64,000 nt of DNA, taken from positions 18,560,210-18,624,209 of the forward strand of contig NC_134030.1 of NCBI RefSeq assembly GCF_964204645.1. Reading direction: 5' to 3'. The notes beneath the pieces were generated by a model. The model had not been told where the DNA came from, ran no database searches, and saw only the letters and a list, made by a program, of their open reading frames with translations. A program made the translations under genes and the position numbers. The stretch's first letter is position 1. Every line of letters starts with the position of its first letter. The DNA comes from Tubulanus polymorphus (Eukaryota > Animalia > Nemertea). Shown in pieces: positions 1-12,400 of this stretch.

Positions 1-354
1 CACTTGTGGCAAGTGAAGATCCACCAGGCAACACTAGTGTGCATTTGGACAACTGAATCACTTCCCATACTCTATCTACAATTTCTCAAATTCTACGAAC
101 AATTACTAAAAATTCTGCTACACAGATTAATCTGAGGTCATCAAGAGGCACAACTTGCCATCGATTTCTTCTTTGCTTTAAATTAATTGCGTTAAATAGG
201 TTTAAAGAACTCAATTTTAACCGAGTTGATATCCAATCAATGTGCACGCCATCCACCTGGCTAGCTGGTACAGGATGGGCTCCTCATAGCGAGAACTTAG
301 CATCAATCTTATTGAAGCCTTCAAGAAAAGATTTCTGCCTCCATTAAGCTCAAT

Positions 355-872
355 TATGACATCACAAGTTACCATCTGATTACAATATGATTAAATAACA
401 AATCGCTTTAGAAATTATAATTATCTTAATGAAACGCGTGAGGTGTGACAGTGTCATAGGGAGATTTATGGAGGAATACATCTTTTCCAGTTATACATAT
501 GGTTAGGCAGTCATAGGGGGATGATATGGAGAGGGCCATCTAGGAAATTCTATAGATTAAATCATTAGACATGACTTGATGATGTCATAGGAGGATATAT
601 AAAGGCCCAATTTGACCATGATTTGTGAAGGCATAATCTGATATTGTCGTCAGGGAATGGCTTCATGCAGCCACAATTTGATGATGTCATAGGAGGATGA
701 TACGGAGAGGGCCATCTAGGAAATTCTATAGATTAAATCATTAGACATGATTTGACGATGTCATAGAAGGATCTATAATGGCCTGATTTGATCATGATTT
801 GTGAAGGCATAATCTGATATTGTCGTCAGGGAATGGATTCATGCAGCCACAATTTGATGATGTCATAGGGGA
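355..872. repeat. GATGTCATAGG(A/G)GG repeat cluster including a ~176-bp tandem duplication
   Basis: About 524-699 is duplicated at 700-870; same core as the 46150 array. Confidence 0.85.
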
Positions 873-887
873 CAAATGAATACTGAC

Positions 888-1121
888 CGGTGAGAGTGGA
901 GAGTGGGCTGCCATCGCACCACTCACGAGCGTAATCCGTACTGTTCAACGACGTCACGCTGGGAAACGTATCTTCACAGGGGGCGACGCTGCTGCTGCAA
1001 TCGGCCGACTCGTCTCCGAGCAGAAACCCGAGCCTGGTCATCAGGTCGTTCTGAGCGGTATCCGCGTTCGGCGGATACCGCGAGCCGTCCGGCGTACCCG
1101 GATACCTCGGACTGCCCTGAA
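888..1121 (-). CDS. rols/TANC-like exon (VQGSPRYPGTP...AQNDLMTRLGFLLGDE...SPLSTLTG)
   Basis: Acceptor ttgtcattgtAG at 1122, donor ACCG|GTCAGT at 887. 234 nt, phase 1-1. RLGxLLGD and SPxSTLTG resemble motifs I recall from Rols-family N-termini. The gene continues beyond base 1. Confidence 0.85.
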
Positions 1122-2090
1122 CTACAATGACAAAAATGAAATGTTGTTATCGTTGAAAATTGAAATTTATAAATATTGTGATCGAAAAAGGATTGATTTT
1201 GGCTCCTATAGCTTGTTAGTATAACAAAGCGACATTTTTTCTCTCATAATATCATATTTTATCAAACATTTTTACTGTATTGATCTGTTATATATTCTCA
1301 TTTATCTAAGTTAGTAATTTGGCTAAAAATCTATGATGCTTACTAGCTCACGTCCGCAAGTTGGTCAAGACTGATCTGAATTAAGTTTAATATTTATATA
1401 AAGAACGTTAGTTTCATTGGCTAGATTATGATAGAAAGAGATAAAATGACTGTAGGGTCGCAAATAGTTTGCATGAATCTCTATACGTATATTAAACAAT
1501 TACTACTATCTTATCAAATATTGTAACACATTTGCCCTCGATGATTCAAGCAATAAACAGCTTCCAGCTTCAGAATTACATGTATCATACTCTAACTACT
1601 GATATTGTTATTCTAAAGGTACCGAGCTTAGTTCCCCGAGCACCGGAAATCTCAGGGTGCTATATTGATAACAAGAACCCAGTAGAATAGACGAGCTTTA
1701 ACCGGGCAAGTTTGAACTTAACCCTGGGTCAGCTGCACAGTCACAGTCAGGATTTAGTTAAGACCGTCGTAAGACAATCTTAGCTAAGATATCGATCTAA
1801 CAGCCTAAAACTGATCTACAATGGTTCTGTAATCAATCTGACAACTTTTAAGACCGGTGAAAACACATTTTGGTTCCATAACAAATCTAACAAATTAAGA
1901 CCAATCTTACGATTTGAGAATTGGGCCCCGGTCGAACTGCTATATGAAACCAGATAGAATATTGAAAATCAATGATTGCATTAACCTTGACCCTTGTTGA
2001 TACAGTTACCGTAGAACTGGTTTAATCAGTAATTTGGAGAGTAAATTTTCAGAGGCAGATTTAATAGGTAAAGGCAAGCAAAGGGTTAAT

Positions 2091-2202
2091 ACCCAGTTCC
2101 ACAGTTCTGAGTTTGGAGTTAACTCTTGAGTTAAAGTTAGTTCATTTCCGATGAGTTAACTCACAGTTAAATCTTAACTCGGAACTGTGGAACTGGACCC
2201 AG
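2091..2202. mobile_element. small Harbinger-like MITE (TIR CCAGTTCCACAGTT(C/T)(C/T)GAGTT)
   Basis: CCAGTTCCACAGTTCTGAGTT ... AACTCGGAACTGTGGAACTGGACCCAG inverted repeat. Confidence 0.65.
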
Positions 2203-2214
2203 ATCGCTTGACGT

Positions 2215-2450
2215 AATTTGATGATGTCATAGGGGGATTTATGGAGGCCGACATCTTTTCTAGAAGTAGATCGAATCGCTAGTTAACAATTTGATGATGT
2301 CATAGGGGGATTTATAGAGGACGATATCTTTTCTAGAAGATGTGTCTAGATCAAATCACTAGTAGTCAATTTGATGATGTCATAGGGGGATTTCTGGAGG
2401 CAGACATCTTTTATAGAAGTGTCTATAGATGAAATCACTAGTAATCAATA
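2215..2450. repeat. GATGATGTCATAGGGGGATT repeat x3
   Basis: Three ~73-78-bp units. Confidence 0.88.
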
Positions 2451-2501
2451 GAGCTAGATATCGAAGTCAGTTTGGTAGGGGGAGGGTTAAATGATTTGTA
2501 C

Positions 2502-3158
2502 CTTTTCTGATTCTGTCATTTTGCCCGCGGTGCGGAGATGTGTTCACGCCGTTCGTCAACCTCATCCGATTGTTATTACTGATCGCGTTCGTGCGCGGCG
2601 AGTAATTACGGGGCGACGTGCCCGCGGCCCCTCCGTTCACGCGCCCGCGTCGAACTCCACCCGGAGTTAACGACGCCGGCGCGTGGTGCCGCCCGCCAGC
2701 GAGTGAGTCCGCATCGCCGCCGCCGCGATACTGGTGATAATGGTGCATGAATCCGCCACCAGATGGCATCGACTGGCTCAGGTGACTTTCGCTGATGCTG
2801 TGCGGCATCGACGTGTGCCGGCGCGCGCCCGACGGGTTCGTGTGCACGTGCGCCGACGTCGTCACGCGGTGCGGCGCGCTGATCGTCGAACCCTTGCGTT
2901 TGTAATCCGACTCGCTCCAGTCAGAGTAACCTCCTCCGACCGCCTGCTCCGCCGGACGACCGCTCACCGGAATCATGTAATCGTCGTCGACGGTTTCGAT
3001 GATCATCCCGTGCCGAGTCTGCGGCGCCGCAGCCGGCGTCTGCTTCGTTTGACCCTGACCCTTTTTGGCGTCCTTGTCCTTCGACGATTTACGCGAGCCG
3101 CGTCCGAAGATGCCGAAGAATTTCGGTTTACGAGGCACGGGCGGTTCCAAACTCTTTC
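2502..3158 (-). CDS. rols/TANC-like exon, low-complexity region (GKSLEPPVPRKPKFFGIFG...QNDRIRK)
   Basis: GC-rich core of ORF 2467..3441. Acceptor ctcattgcAG at 3159, donor AAAG|GTACAA at 2501. 657 nt, phase 1-1. Confidence 0.8.
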
Positions 3159-3253
3159 CTGCAATGAGAAAACGTTGAAAACTGGTGAAAATTCGTCCTC
3201 GGCTGTGAAACATTACGGGGAGATACAGAGGAACCTCGTTACAATGATCTGCA

Positions 3254-3622
3254 CAGGACCAGTCAAACGGCCCATATTGAAAGTCGGAAAATATTTTCAA
3301 AAAGAAGGATTTTTTTGGGGAACAAAAATCAGTAACTCTTAGTAAAAAAACATACTTCCTATTGGTCAAAATGTTAATAGTTTGGGCCTGAATTAGAGCC
3401 GCCTTTTGGATGAGACGCCATATTGGTTTCTCCGAGTCCACAGTTGCGCTAACAACTGCCGAAAACCGTCTTAAGGAGCACTCCTAACTACGGAGCGCTC
3501 CGATGTGACGCCCGCGATTGAGGTGATTAAAGCGATTGAGGTGATTTACACTGTTCTCAGGAATAAAGAAAATGTTAGAAAAGGTCGGAAATCCGTCTAT
3601 GGTCGGAAGATTTTAACCCCTG
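3254..3622. mobile_element. hAT-like MITE, second copy of 7559-7899
   Basis: High colinear identity from AACGGCCCATATTGAAA to GGAAGATTTT...CCCTG. Confidence 0.75.
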
Positions 3623-4341
3623 AAACCCCTATAACCGATAGTTCGTTAGTATCCAGTTTGAAATTGATTAATTTTCTTACTTGGGATGAAATTCTACATT
3701 TGTTACACCCGATACGAGGTTACGCTGCATTCTGCTAACAGTAAACTGTTGTATCATAGTTCCTTATAACGAGGTTCCGCTTTACTGAGAAAATACAACA
3801 GACTCCACTCCGTTCTTTAGATAAGTCAGAGATAAAGATAAAGATAATAACCAGAGATAAACTATAATGAATTTTTGCGGTATGACGGTTTAGTCGCCGG
3901 AACGACTAAAAAGTCGGTGACACGATCATAATAATGGATTTTGACTGAAAAGTACGTTTTAACTTATAAAATGTTTTCGTTCGTTTCAACCCGTTTTCGA
4001 AAAATATTCGGCTACGTTTCAAATCGTAGAAAAAAAAACAAACATTAAAAAAAAACACAGTCCCTCCTCGAAAAATGGTTCAATTGCGCGAGCAAAGATT
4101 ACTGTTGACATAGACTGAATCGAATAAACAATTCGATTTAGAGCGTTTGAATAACTAATCGATGAGCATTTATGGAAAATTCGAATGTTTTCGTAACGGT
4201 TCTCGGGAACGGTTTGAAAATCTCTCTAAAACACCTATGCACACTACTCGAGAAATCTCCAACGAGAGCGCGCACACCTCACTCTCGTGACCCGTGGTGA
4301 CATTTCATTCAAAATTGTTTCGAGTTAGAAAGAATAAATAT

Positions 4342-4895
4342 AGCCGCGATCACACGAGCATTTTCGGCCCGGAACAACTGTTCGCACAGGTGCCAAATGG
4401 GCCCGAGCCTGTTTGGCACGACTATAAACGTCAGACCAGGCCCGAGCCAAATTTTAGCACCGGACAAATGATTGCGTTTGAATTGCAACTGGCACCGGAA
4501 ATGATCCACTTCGCTTTGTTTAAACCTTTTCAGTGCTGGCTAATTAATACCCTATAGTGCTGAAGATAATTTGAAAATTCTAAAGTTTCCACCCTACTGT
4601 GTTGAATAACGGGAATAGCACTATAGTGCGTCTACACCGCGGCGCGGTGTATCGTTAGTTACTAGTATTTCACTATGTTTGACAGGTGCTGCCATCTTTC
4701 CAGAGAGATAACAAGTAATTACTAATTAAATCAATACACCGCAGTGCGGTGTACTAGCAAAATCCATCACTGATTCTTACACCGCACTGAAAGGGTTAAG
4801 CATTGATTAGTATCGAGTGAGTGGTTTACACGCGAACACGCTCTCTGACTAGGCACGGGCCAAATTTGGCAAAATTTCTCTGTGGGATCGCGGTT
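4342..4895 (+). mobile_element. Harbinger-like MITE (TIR AGCCGCGATCACACG) interrupted by a family A insertion
   Basis: Colinear with the uninterrupted copy at 41896-42175 once 4524-4799 is removed. Superfamily is inferred from TIR style. Confidence 0.75.
4520..4799 (+). mobile_element. piggyBac-type MITE family A, nested in a Harbinger-like MITE
   Basis: TTAA-(A)CCTTTTCAGTGC...GCACTGAAAGGG-TTAA with TACACCGC-type palindromes. Confidence 0.85.
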
Positions 4896-5344
4896 AATAT
4901 GAGCAGTGCCATTTCAACTATAAGCCATTATCAGACGCATCTTCATACCATTACAACATAGATCGTGACTTCATCTCGGAAACCTATCGAAAATAGGAAA
5001 CAATAAATGCGGAATCTGCGCAATCACTTTGGAACGAATTCCATTATTCTTCTTGTTTAATTAAGGCGAGGAAAGTTAAGTAAGTATTAATTGACTATTA
5101 AGCCACACAACTGGTGTTACTGCTCGCTCAGGGGGTGTTTGCAAATCTGTGAACGATAAATCATTTTCAATCGACCGCAGAAATATCCGTCCCGCGCCCG
5201 TACCCCGTGAGACGTCATTTTACGGCGGGCAAATGGTGCGTAAAGCGCCATAAAACGGCAGGCAATGAACGCGATAATTGTACCTATATATCAAACGGTA
5301 AACAGAATCCACGCTACAGTAAAATTGGGTTCAGTCAAAGTAAA

Positions 5345-5810
5345 TCCCACAACTGTGGAACTGGGTCCAGAGTCAAACTAAACCAATACAACTGTGGAAC
5401 TGGGTCCAGAGTCAAACTAAACCAATACAACTTTGGAACTGGGTCCAGAGTCAAACTAAACCAATACAACTGTGGAACTGGGTCCAGAGTCAAACTAAAC
5501 CAATACAACTTTGGAACTGGGTCCAGAGTCAAACTAAACCAATACAACTGTGGGACTGGGTCCAGAGTCAAACTAAACCAATACAACTGTGGAACTGGGT
5601 CCAGAGTCAAACTAAACCAATACAACTGTGGTACTGGGTCCAGAGTCAAACTAAACCAATACAACTGTGGTACTGGGTCCAGAGTCAAACAAAACCAATA
5701 CAACTGTGGAACTGGGTCCAGAGTCAAACTAAACCAATACAACCGTGGAACTGGGTCCAGAGTCAAACTAAACCAATACAACTGTGGAACTGGTTTCGAA
5801 GTCAAATTAT
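5345..5810. repeat. 39-bp minisatellite (AACTGTGGAACTGGGTCCAGAGTCAAACTAAACCAATAC) x ~12
   Basis: Near-perfect tandem. The 39-bp period explains the 13-aa repeat ORFs. Confidence 0.95.
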
Positions 5811-6040
5811 AAGCACAGAACTGTGCACCAACACTGAGTCACTATGAAGCCAGCCACATTGGTCAGTATTCAACTGACCACTGTGACAGTATTCAGCTGA
5901 CCACTGTGACCACTGGAAATGCAGTCAGTATTTATCGTAAATTAGATCACGGCATTATTGATTCAGCTGTCAAACTGACTGAGATTAATTTAACCAGTGA
6001 TGATCCTGAGCACGAGACAGAGAGGGCAGGAATGAGGGAG

Positions 6041-6043
<3 letters not shown>

Positions 6044-6127
<84 letters not shown>

Positions 6128-6195
6128 AGGGAGGGAGGGAGGGAGGGAGAGGGAGGGAGGGAGGGAGGGAGGGAGGGAGGGAGGGGGAGAGAGAA
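6044..6195. repeat. (GA)n followed by (GGGA)n microsatellite
   Basis: Direct reading. Confidence 0.97.
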
Positions 6196-6999
6196 CCCAT
6201 TGATTTGAAGTAAGTGAAGCAATGACCAGCATTTATTTATCTAGCGCTAAATTAGATTGCGGGTTTGAGGGAGAGTGGGACTAGTTACTGATACAGGTCT
6301 CGAGTGCGAAGGGTAAATGCAATGATATTACAAATCTTACGGATGTCAGAAACGTTCTCAATATCACTGATTGACTGACCCTGTTATGAGATGGGTACAA
6401 AGACAGCTATCCTGCCCTCTGAGCGGGATAATATCCCATCCAATAAACCTAATCTCCCCTTACCAATTTCAATGCAGAACAATTCTTTACCTAAAGTAAT
6501 GAAGTTAAGTAATAAAAATTTTTGCTGAATTCCACCAAAACGTTTTTTCGTGAAATTTGTCAAATTGCCCGATTTTTCCTTCATAACTCCCGATTCCGCC
6601 AGTTATCCAGGTTTCCAGGTCAGCGACCACCACGATGACACGCATATCATATTTTATCTCCTATTGTGGCCGGTCAAGCGTTCTAGTCATTATTTACGAC
6701 CACTTGTCAAATTTAACGCGAACTATAAAATCGAGTCATTGATTTTTATAGGAGCAGCTGAATAGAATGAGGACAAAATATAACACACCTTGGACCGCGA
6801 TAGTAAATATCGATCTGATTGATTTCCTATCAATAATGATTGAGTAATTCGATGTATTGGAATCATAACCTAATCATTGTACGCATGTGTATTACCAGAG
6901 AGATTATTGATTTTAGTTTATTGATTTTACAATCATTGATTTGTCCGTCAGTTTATTTGTATGTTATGCGCATTTTATGTGAAACTATAACAAAATGCT

Positions 7000-7540
7000 C
7001 ACTGGGTTCAAAGTGAAATTAAACCCATTTAATTGTAAAATTGGGTTCTGTCAAATCAGACCCACAAAACTGTGGAACAGGGTTCAGAGTTGAATTGAAC
7101 CTACACAAGACTGCGATTCTGGATCCGGAAACCTATCAAACCCACAAAACTGTGGAACTGGCATTAGAGTCAATTTCAACCCACACAACTGTGGACCTTG
7201 GTTCAGAGTCAAATTAAACCCATATAACTATGTAACTGGGTTCAGAGTCAAAATAAGCCTGCACAACTGTTGAGTTGGTTCGGAGTCAAATTAAAACCAG
7301 CACAACTGTGGAACTGGATCCGCAGTTAAATCAAAGTCGCAAGTAAATGTGTGGAACTGGATCCAGGGTAAAATCGAACCTACACAACTGTGGAATGGAG
7401 TTCAGTCAATTCTAACCCACACAATTGTGGAATGGAGTTAAGCGTCTAATCAAACCCCACACAACTGTGGAACACGGCTCAGGGTAAAATAACACAACCG
7501 TGGAACTTGGTTCAGAGTGCAATTAAACCCACACAAGGTA
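7000..7540. repeat. degenerate 39-bp ACTGTGGAACTGG minisatellite
   Basis: Same family, diverged. Confidence 0.9.
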
Positions 7541-7558
7541 AGTACTCGATTCAGCGAT

Positions 7559-7899
7559 CAGGGATGAAAACGGCCCATATTGAAAAAGTCGGAAATTATT
7601 TTCAAAAAAAAAGGGAATATTTTTGGGGAACAAAAATCAGTAACTTTTTGGTCAAAATGTTAATAGTTTGGGCCTGAATTAGAGCCGCTTTTTGAATGAG
7701 ACGCCATATTGGTTTCTCCGACTCTACAGTTGTGCGAACAACTGCCGTAAACCGTCTTAAATTCACATCGGAGCGCTCCGTAGTTAGGAGTGCTCCGATG
7801 TGACACCCGCGATTGAGGTGATTTACACTGTTCTCAGGAATAAAGAAAATGTTAGAAAAGGTCGGAAATCCGTCTATGGTCGGAAGATTTTCATCCCTG
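7559..7899. mobile_element. hAT-like MITE (TIR CAGGGATGAAAA)
   Basis: Perfect 12-bp TIR; second copy at 3254-3622. No 8-bp TSD visible. Confidence 0.7.
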
Positions 7900-8341
7900 C
7901 GAATAAAAGCCTCACACGCGTGAAACTGGGCCCAGAATGGAGTCATCGTTTTTAGTATAAGCGGTTTGAGAAGTGGTCGATACCGATCAGCGCGCACGTA
8001 CACACGTACACACATACACACGTACACAGCGAGTACGGAGACAGATTAATAACAATTCGTACGCGGCACCTCCGGGGAAATCTAACCGAGCGACGCTGTA
8101 ACGTTCTCGCGAAACATTCTCCTATATCAAACGGCGCACATTTCCCACGAATCTCTTTTTCCGCGCTCTTAGTTTGCAATCACCTTTTTCTGGTCGCCGC
8201 GCGCGTAAGTAATATAAAACTCGCCGGCGACACCGCTAGTGATTGATTCCGCACCTCGGTTACTTCTATCGAGACATTATTGTCGCCGTTTCTTTTTGAA
8301 CATTACATATAATGAGTCGAGAAGATACACAATATCCGTGT

Positions 8342-8628
8342 TTAACCCTTTCAGTGCTGGCTAATTTATACCCGATAATGCTGGAGATAATTTGAAAATT
8401 CTAAAAAATTCCACCTTAGTGTGTTGAACAACGGGAATACCACAATAGAACGTCTACACTGCGGTGCGGTGTATCCTTAGTTACTAGTGTTTCACTATGT
8501 GCAGCCATTTTCCAAGAGAAATAATTACTAATTACTAATTACATCAATACACTGCAGTGCGGTGTACTAGGAAAATCTATCACTGATTTATACACCGCAC
8601 TGCGGTGTAGACGCACTGAAAGGGTTAA
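8342..8628 (+). mobile_element. piggyBac-type MITE family A, full length
   Basis: TTAA|CCCTTTCAGTGC...GCACTGAAAGGG|TTAA; three 19-bp palindromes. Confidence 0.9.
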
Positions 8629-9146
8629 GATGGATGACCAGTCAGAGATGAAAAATTCAAAATGAATTGTCGCCGTTTCTTTTCAACGTTACATATAATG
8701 AGTTGAGAAGAGGCACAATATCCGTGCATAAGGGAACGTTTCCGCTACAATCGCCTATAGCTGTGTCGACAGTATACTGTTACAGCCATTTTACTATGTA
8801 TCGGAGGCTTAAGTGCAGCCGTACAGCCAGTTTTTATAAGCTTATCATCTTATATCTTGTAAACTAATAACGACAGCACACAGGTCCGAGCGGTTTTCAA
8901 CACAGAAAACATGTGGCTTTCAGGAGATATAAGTTCGGTGGTTGTATATTGAATAACCAGGGTGCAGTTTACCAATACTTTTAGAGGGGCCTTTGTCACT
9001 GCTGCTAACTATGTTATTGATACTACTGATAAGCTCAGTGTGTTGACCCATGCTTATAGCGAGTTCCCCAACATTCCCATATGAAGATGGATGACGATGA
9101 TTCAGTCAAAGATGAACAATTCTTGAATAGAATAGAATTGATTTTG

Positions 9147-9189
9147 AGCGACGTTTCGGCTAAACACTATTAGCAGCCACCATCAGGCT
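9147..9189 (-). ncRNA. minimal hammerhead ribozyme motif with a variant core (Penelope-like relic)
   Basis: Minus strand AGC-CTGATGG-T-GGCT(13 nt)AGCC-GAAA-C-GTC-GCT. The core reads CUGAUGG rather than CUGANGA. Confidence 0.55.
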
Positions 9190-10079
9190 TTAATCTTATT
9201 CCTATTGTCTGATTCTTGTATAAATAATCTGTTATTTCATTTTGTGTCTCAGCACTTCATATCCGATTTATCAGATAAAAGAGCCATCATAACCACCAAA
9301 AACACAAATCTATAACCGAGACCATAAATTGGTTCTATAGCCTATCTAACGACTTACTGAAGATTGGTGTAAACTAGCTCATTTTGGTTCTACGTATAAC
9401 TAACTGTTCTAAAAACTTCAGACCAGTCAAAGACCATTTTCGGTTCTTCAACTAAATCTAACAACGCAAGACTTGTCAACGCTCATTTTGGTTCGACAGC
9501 AAATCTACTCCTGCCCTGTCTAGGCCTATTTAAACTTATGATTGGCCTTTAATTCATCTAAATTAGACAAATCAGTTAAAAATGAATTAAGACATAGTTT
9601 TGACCGTTTTAGGTGAACTGATAAGAAGGCTGGTACCTGCTTCATTAGTACAGGCCACAGGTAATTACCGTTTTACCCGCACAGGGGTAATTACCCCTGT
9701 ACCCGCACAGGGGGTAATTACCCCATCACCGGCACCGGTGACAAACGTAAGTTATGCATGGACAGGTAGCGTAGAAATGCCGATTCACGTTTTTTGTCCG
9801 TCACCGCGTAAAAACAGGCGGTTTGATTATCGCACACTCGCAGGTCGCCGCGAGTGTGGCTCGCGAGCTTCAATGAGCCTTCGCAATAAGATGCGCCGAT
9901 CTTCGTAGGAAGATTCGGAAAAATTCCTCGGAAGAATCATTTAACCACTCCCGAGAAAATTGCATTCCGTTCGAGCCCAGCGAGCACAGCACGACAAAAA
10001 TCTTTTGAGGCCGCCCTTAATGCATGCGATCGGGATAATAGTAAAAACTTCAATAACTTTGAATTCAAGGTCCAATGTG

Positions 10080-10870
10080 AAAGTCCAAAAGTGGTCTTCA
10101 ACCTTTATTTAGCATATTAAGTTGTTAGATTGGTTAAAGGATCATAATGTGCTGAGACTGGTCTCAGAGATCAGTTATAGAATGAACATGAGCTTAGACT
10201 GGTCTTAAGTTGTTAGATTGGTTATAGAACCAAAATGAGCTTAGACTGGTCTCAGAGATCAGTTATAGAACCAAAATGAGTTTAGACTGGTCTTAAGTTG
10301 TTCGATTGGTTATAGAACCAAAATGAGTTTAGTCTGGTCTTAAGTTGTTCGATTGGTTATAGAACCAACATGAGCTTAGACTGGTCTTAAGTTGTTAGAT
10401 TGGTTATAGAACTAACATGAGCTTAGACTGGTCTCAGAGATCAGTTATAGAACCAACATGAGTTTAGACTGGTCTTAAGTTGTTCGATTGGTTATAGAAC
10501 CAACATGAGCTTAGACTGGTCTTAAGTTGTTAGATTGGTTATAGAACTAACATGAGCTTAGACTGGTCTCAGAGATCAGTTATAGAACCAACATGAGTTT
10601 AGACTGGTCTTAAGTTGTTAGATTGGTTATAGAACTAACATGAGCTTAGACTGGTCTCAGAGATCAGTTATAGAACCAACATGAGTTTAGACTGGTCTTA
10701 AGTTGTTCGATTGGTTATAGAACCAACATGAGCTTAGACTGGTCTTAAGTTGTTAGATTGGTTAAAGAAATAGAAGGGACTTAGACTGCAATTGGATTGT
10801 TAAATTAGTTACAGAATTAAAGAGTGAGCTTAGACTGGTCTTAAGTCATTAGACTGGCCATAGAACTAAA
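10080..10870. repeat. 47-bp minisatellite (TTAGACTGGTCTTAAGTTGTTAGATTGGTTATAGAACCAAAATGAGC)
   Basis: About 16 units with alternating ~43-bp variants. Begins with AAGTCCAAAAGTGGTCTT, also found in the 23281 MITE unit. Confidence 0.95.
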
Positions 10871-11489
10871 AGCAGGGTGTTAGGTTTCGAAATCGAGCCT
10901 TGATAAAGCAAATGGAGTCTCGAGAGTCATATCTAACCGACTCAAACGTGAATCCAGACTCGATTGCTCAGAAAAGTTCGACGAACACTAACATTATGTA
11001 ACATTAAGAAATTCGTATTTAAGACGTGATTCTCATTAGGCCTCGGACGTCGTTTGTACCCTCATGATAACTTACAAATCTTAAGCCTATAAAACGCGAA
11101 GCGCCGAAAAATGAATTCTGACGAACTCATCAACGCGATTTCGTCGTTCGAGCGAATGATTTTCTAATATTTCCGCTTGGCTGAAAACGACTCGGAGAAC
11201 GCCGCGAGAAATTGATCGACCCGCCGGCGACGCGCGTATCATCATAACTCGATAAATTTTATTTTCATTTGATCGGATTTTAATGCGTTTATAAGATCGC
11301 GGGACGGCGGAGATTGATTCCGATTTTTCCGATGTCGATAAGTTTACCCCGGCGCGCGCTGACGCCGATCAAAAACTCATCGGTATCCCCGGACAATGCG
11401 CCGTGGGGAGAGGAGGGGCGAGCGCGTGATCGTGAAATATCGTGCAAACGTCGTTCGAATTCTACTTCTGCTTTTCAACCGTGACCCGG

Positions 11490-11785
11490 TTAACCCTTTC
11501 AGTGCCGACTCATTAATACCCTATAGTGCTGAAGATAATTTGAAAATTCTGAAAAATTCCACCCTAGTGTGTTGAATAACAGGAATACCACTATAGTGCG
11601 TCTACACTGCGGTGCGGTGTGTCATTAGTTACTAATATTTCACTATGTTTGACAGGTGCTGCCATCTTTCAAGAGATATAATTAGTAATTACTAATTTAA
11701 TCAATACACCGCAGCGCGGTGTACTAGCAAAATCCATCACTTATTCGTACACTGCACTGCGGTGTAGACGCACTGAAAGGGTTAA
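11490..11785 (+). mobile_element. piggyBac-type MITE family A, full length
   Basis: 12-bp TIRs, TTAA on both sides, three palindromes. Confidence 0.9.
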
Positions 11786-11917
11786 ACAGTCGTTTTAGAT
11801 CAATCTACCTCAGCAGAGTGTGAACCTGATGGAATCTAGGCTCACCACCAACCTCTGAACAGTGATATCAGTAATAAATTTACTTAAGTCATGCGCGTAA
11901 CAAGACGTATCTACCAG

Positions 11918-11983
11918 TTAACCCTTTCAGTGCTGACTAATTAATACCCTATAGTGCTGAAGATAATTTGAAAATTCTGAAAA
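11918..11983 (+). mobile_element. piggyBac-type MITE family A, truncated end
   Basis: TTAACCCTTTCAGTGCTGACTAATTAATACCC..., then an abrupt switch to a tRNA-like fragment. Confidence 0.8.
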
Positions 11984-11987
11984 ATAT

Positions 11988-12040
11988 GACCTGGCTTCCC
12001 GGAGTCGAACGCTCTAACCACTCGCCCACTCACCGCCGGC
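11988..12040 (-). mobile_element. tRNA-derived SINE head fragment
   Basis: Minus strand GCCGGCGGTGAGTGGGCGAGTGGTTAGAGCGTTCGACTCCGGGAAGCCAGGTC has an A-box/D-arm-like 5' half and lacks the 3' half. Confidence 0.4.
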
Positions 12041-12400
12041 TCATGAGAAAATACTTAACTACAGTACGATGCGATGAGTGGCGCTCGTCGAGTTATAGGG
12101 AAAAAAGTTAATGTTTACCCCTGTCACCGGTAAGCCCGCTGATAACTGACCGTAAGCCGGAATTACGTCATGTTTCGCACCGATTCGTCACCGTTTCGCG
12201 GGATAAACTGTACGATCTGTTTTGTCAGCTGCGTCGCGTTTACGAGTCACAAAGTGGCTTAGCGTCGCTGGGCGGAAAGATTTTCATTTAAGAAGAAGCC
12301 AATTGCGCAGTTATTTTTGAAGCCACACGAGGGATTGACTGTTTTAAAGTTACTGTAAAGCTTACTTTATTCACGTGACTATGGACTGACAGGATTCCTC

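Noticed and set aside
2734-3342. 202-aa plus-strand ORF, and similarly 903..1130 and 47280..47513
   Set aside because: Antisense shadow frames of GC-rich coding exons.
3159-3441. N-terminal part of the 324-aa ORF (MDSEKPIWRLIQKAAL...)
   Set aside because: It reads through intron and a hAT-like MITE (the same peptide appears in ORF 7602..8027). The real exon starts at the AG acceptor at 3159/3158.
5207-5812. Repetitive ORFs here and at 24529-25398, 33411-33891, 49238-49681, 51283-51665 and 61795-62259
   Set aside because: They result from minisatellite periods divisible by three, are open on several frames or strands, and lack splice or homology support.
5906-6232. RE/SL-rich ORFs here and at 30949-31895 and 34292-34831
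   Set aside because: Translations of (GA)n, (GGGA)n and purine or pyrimidine tracts.
11988-12040. Possible tRNA gene, also considered for 34817-34860 and the 53775 array
   Set aside because: No complete cloverleaf; only partial A/B-box-like segments.
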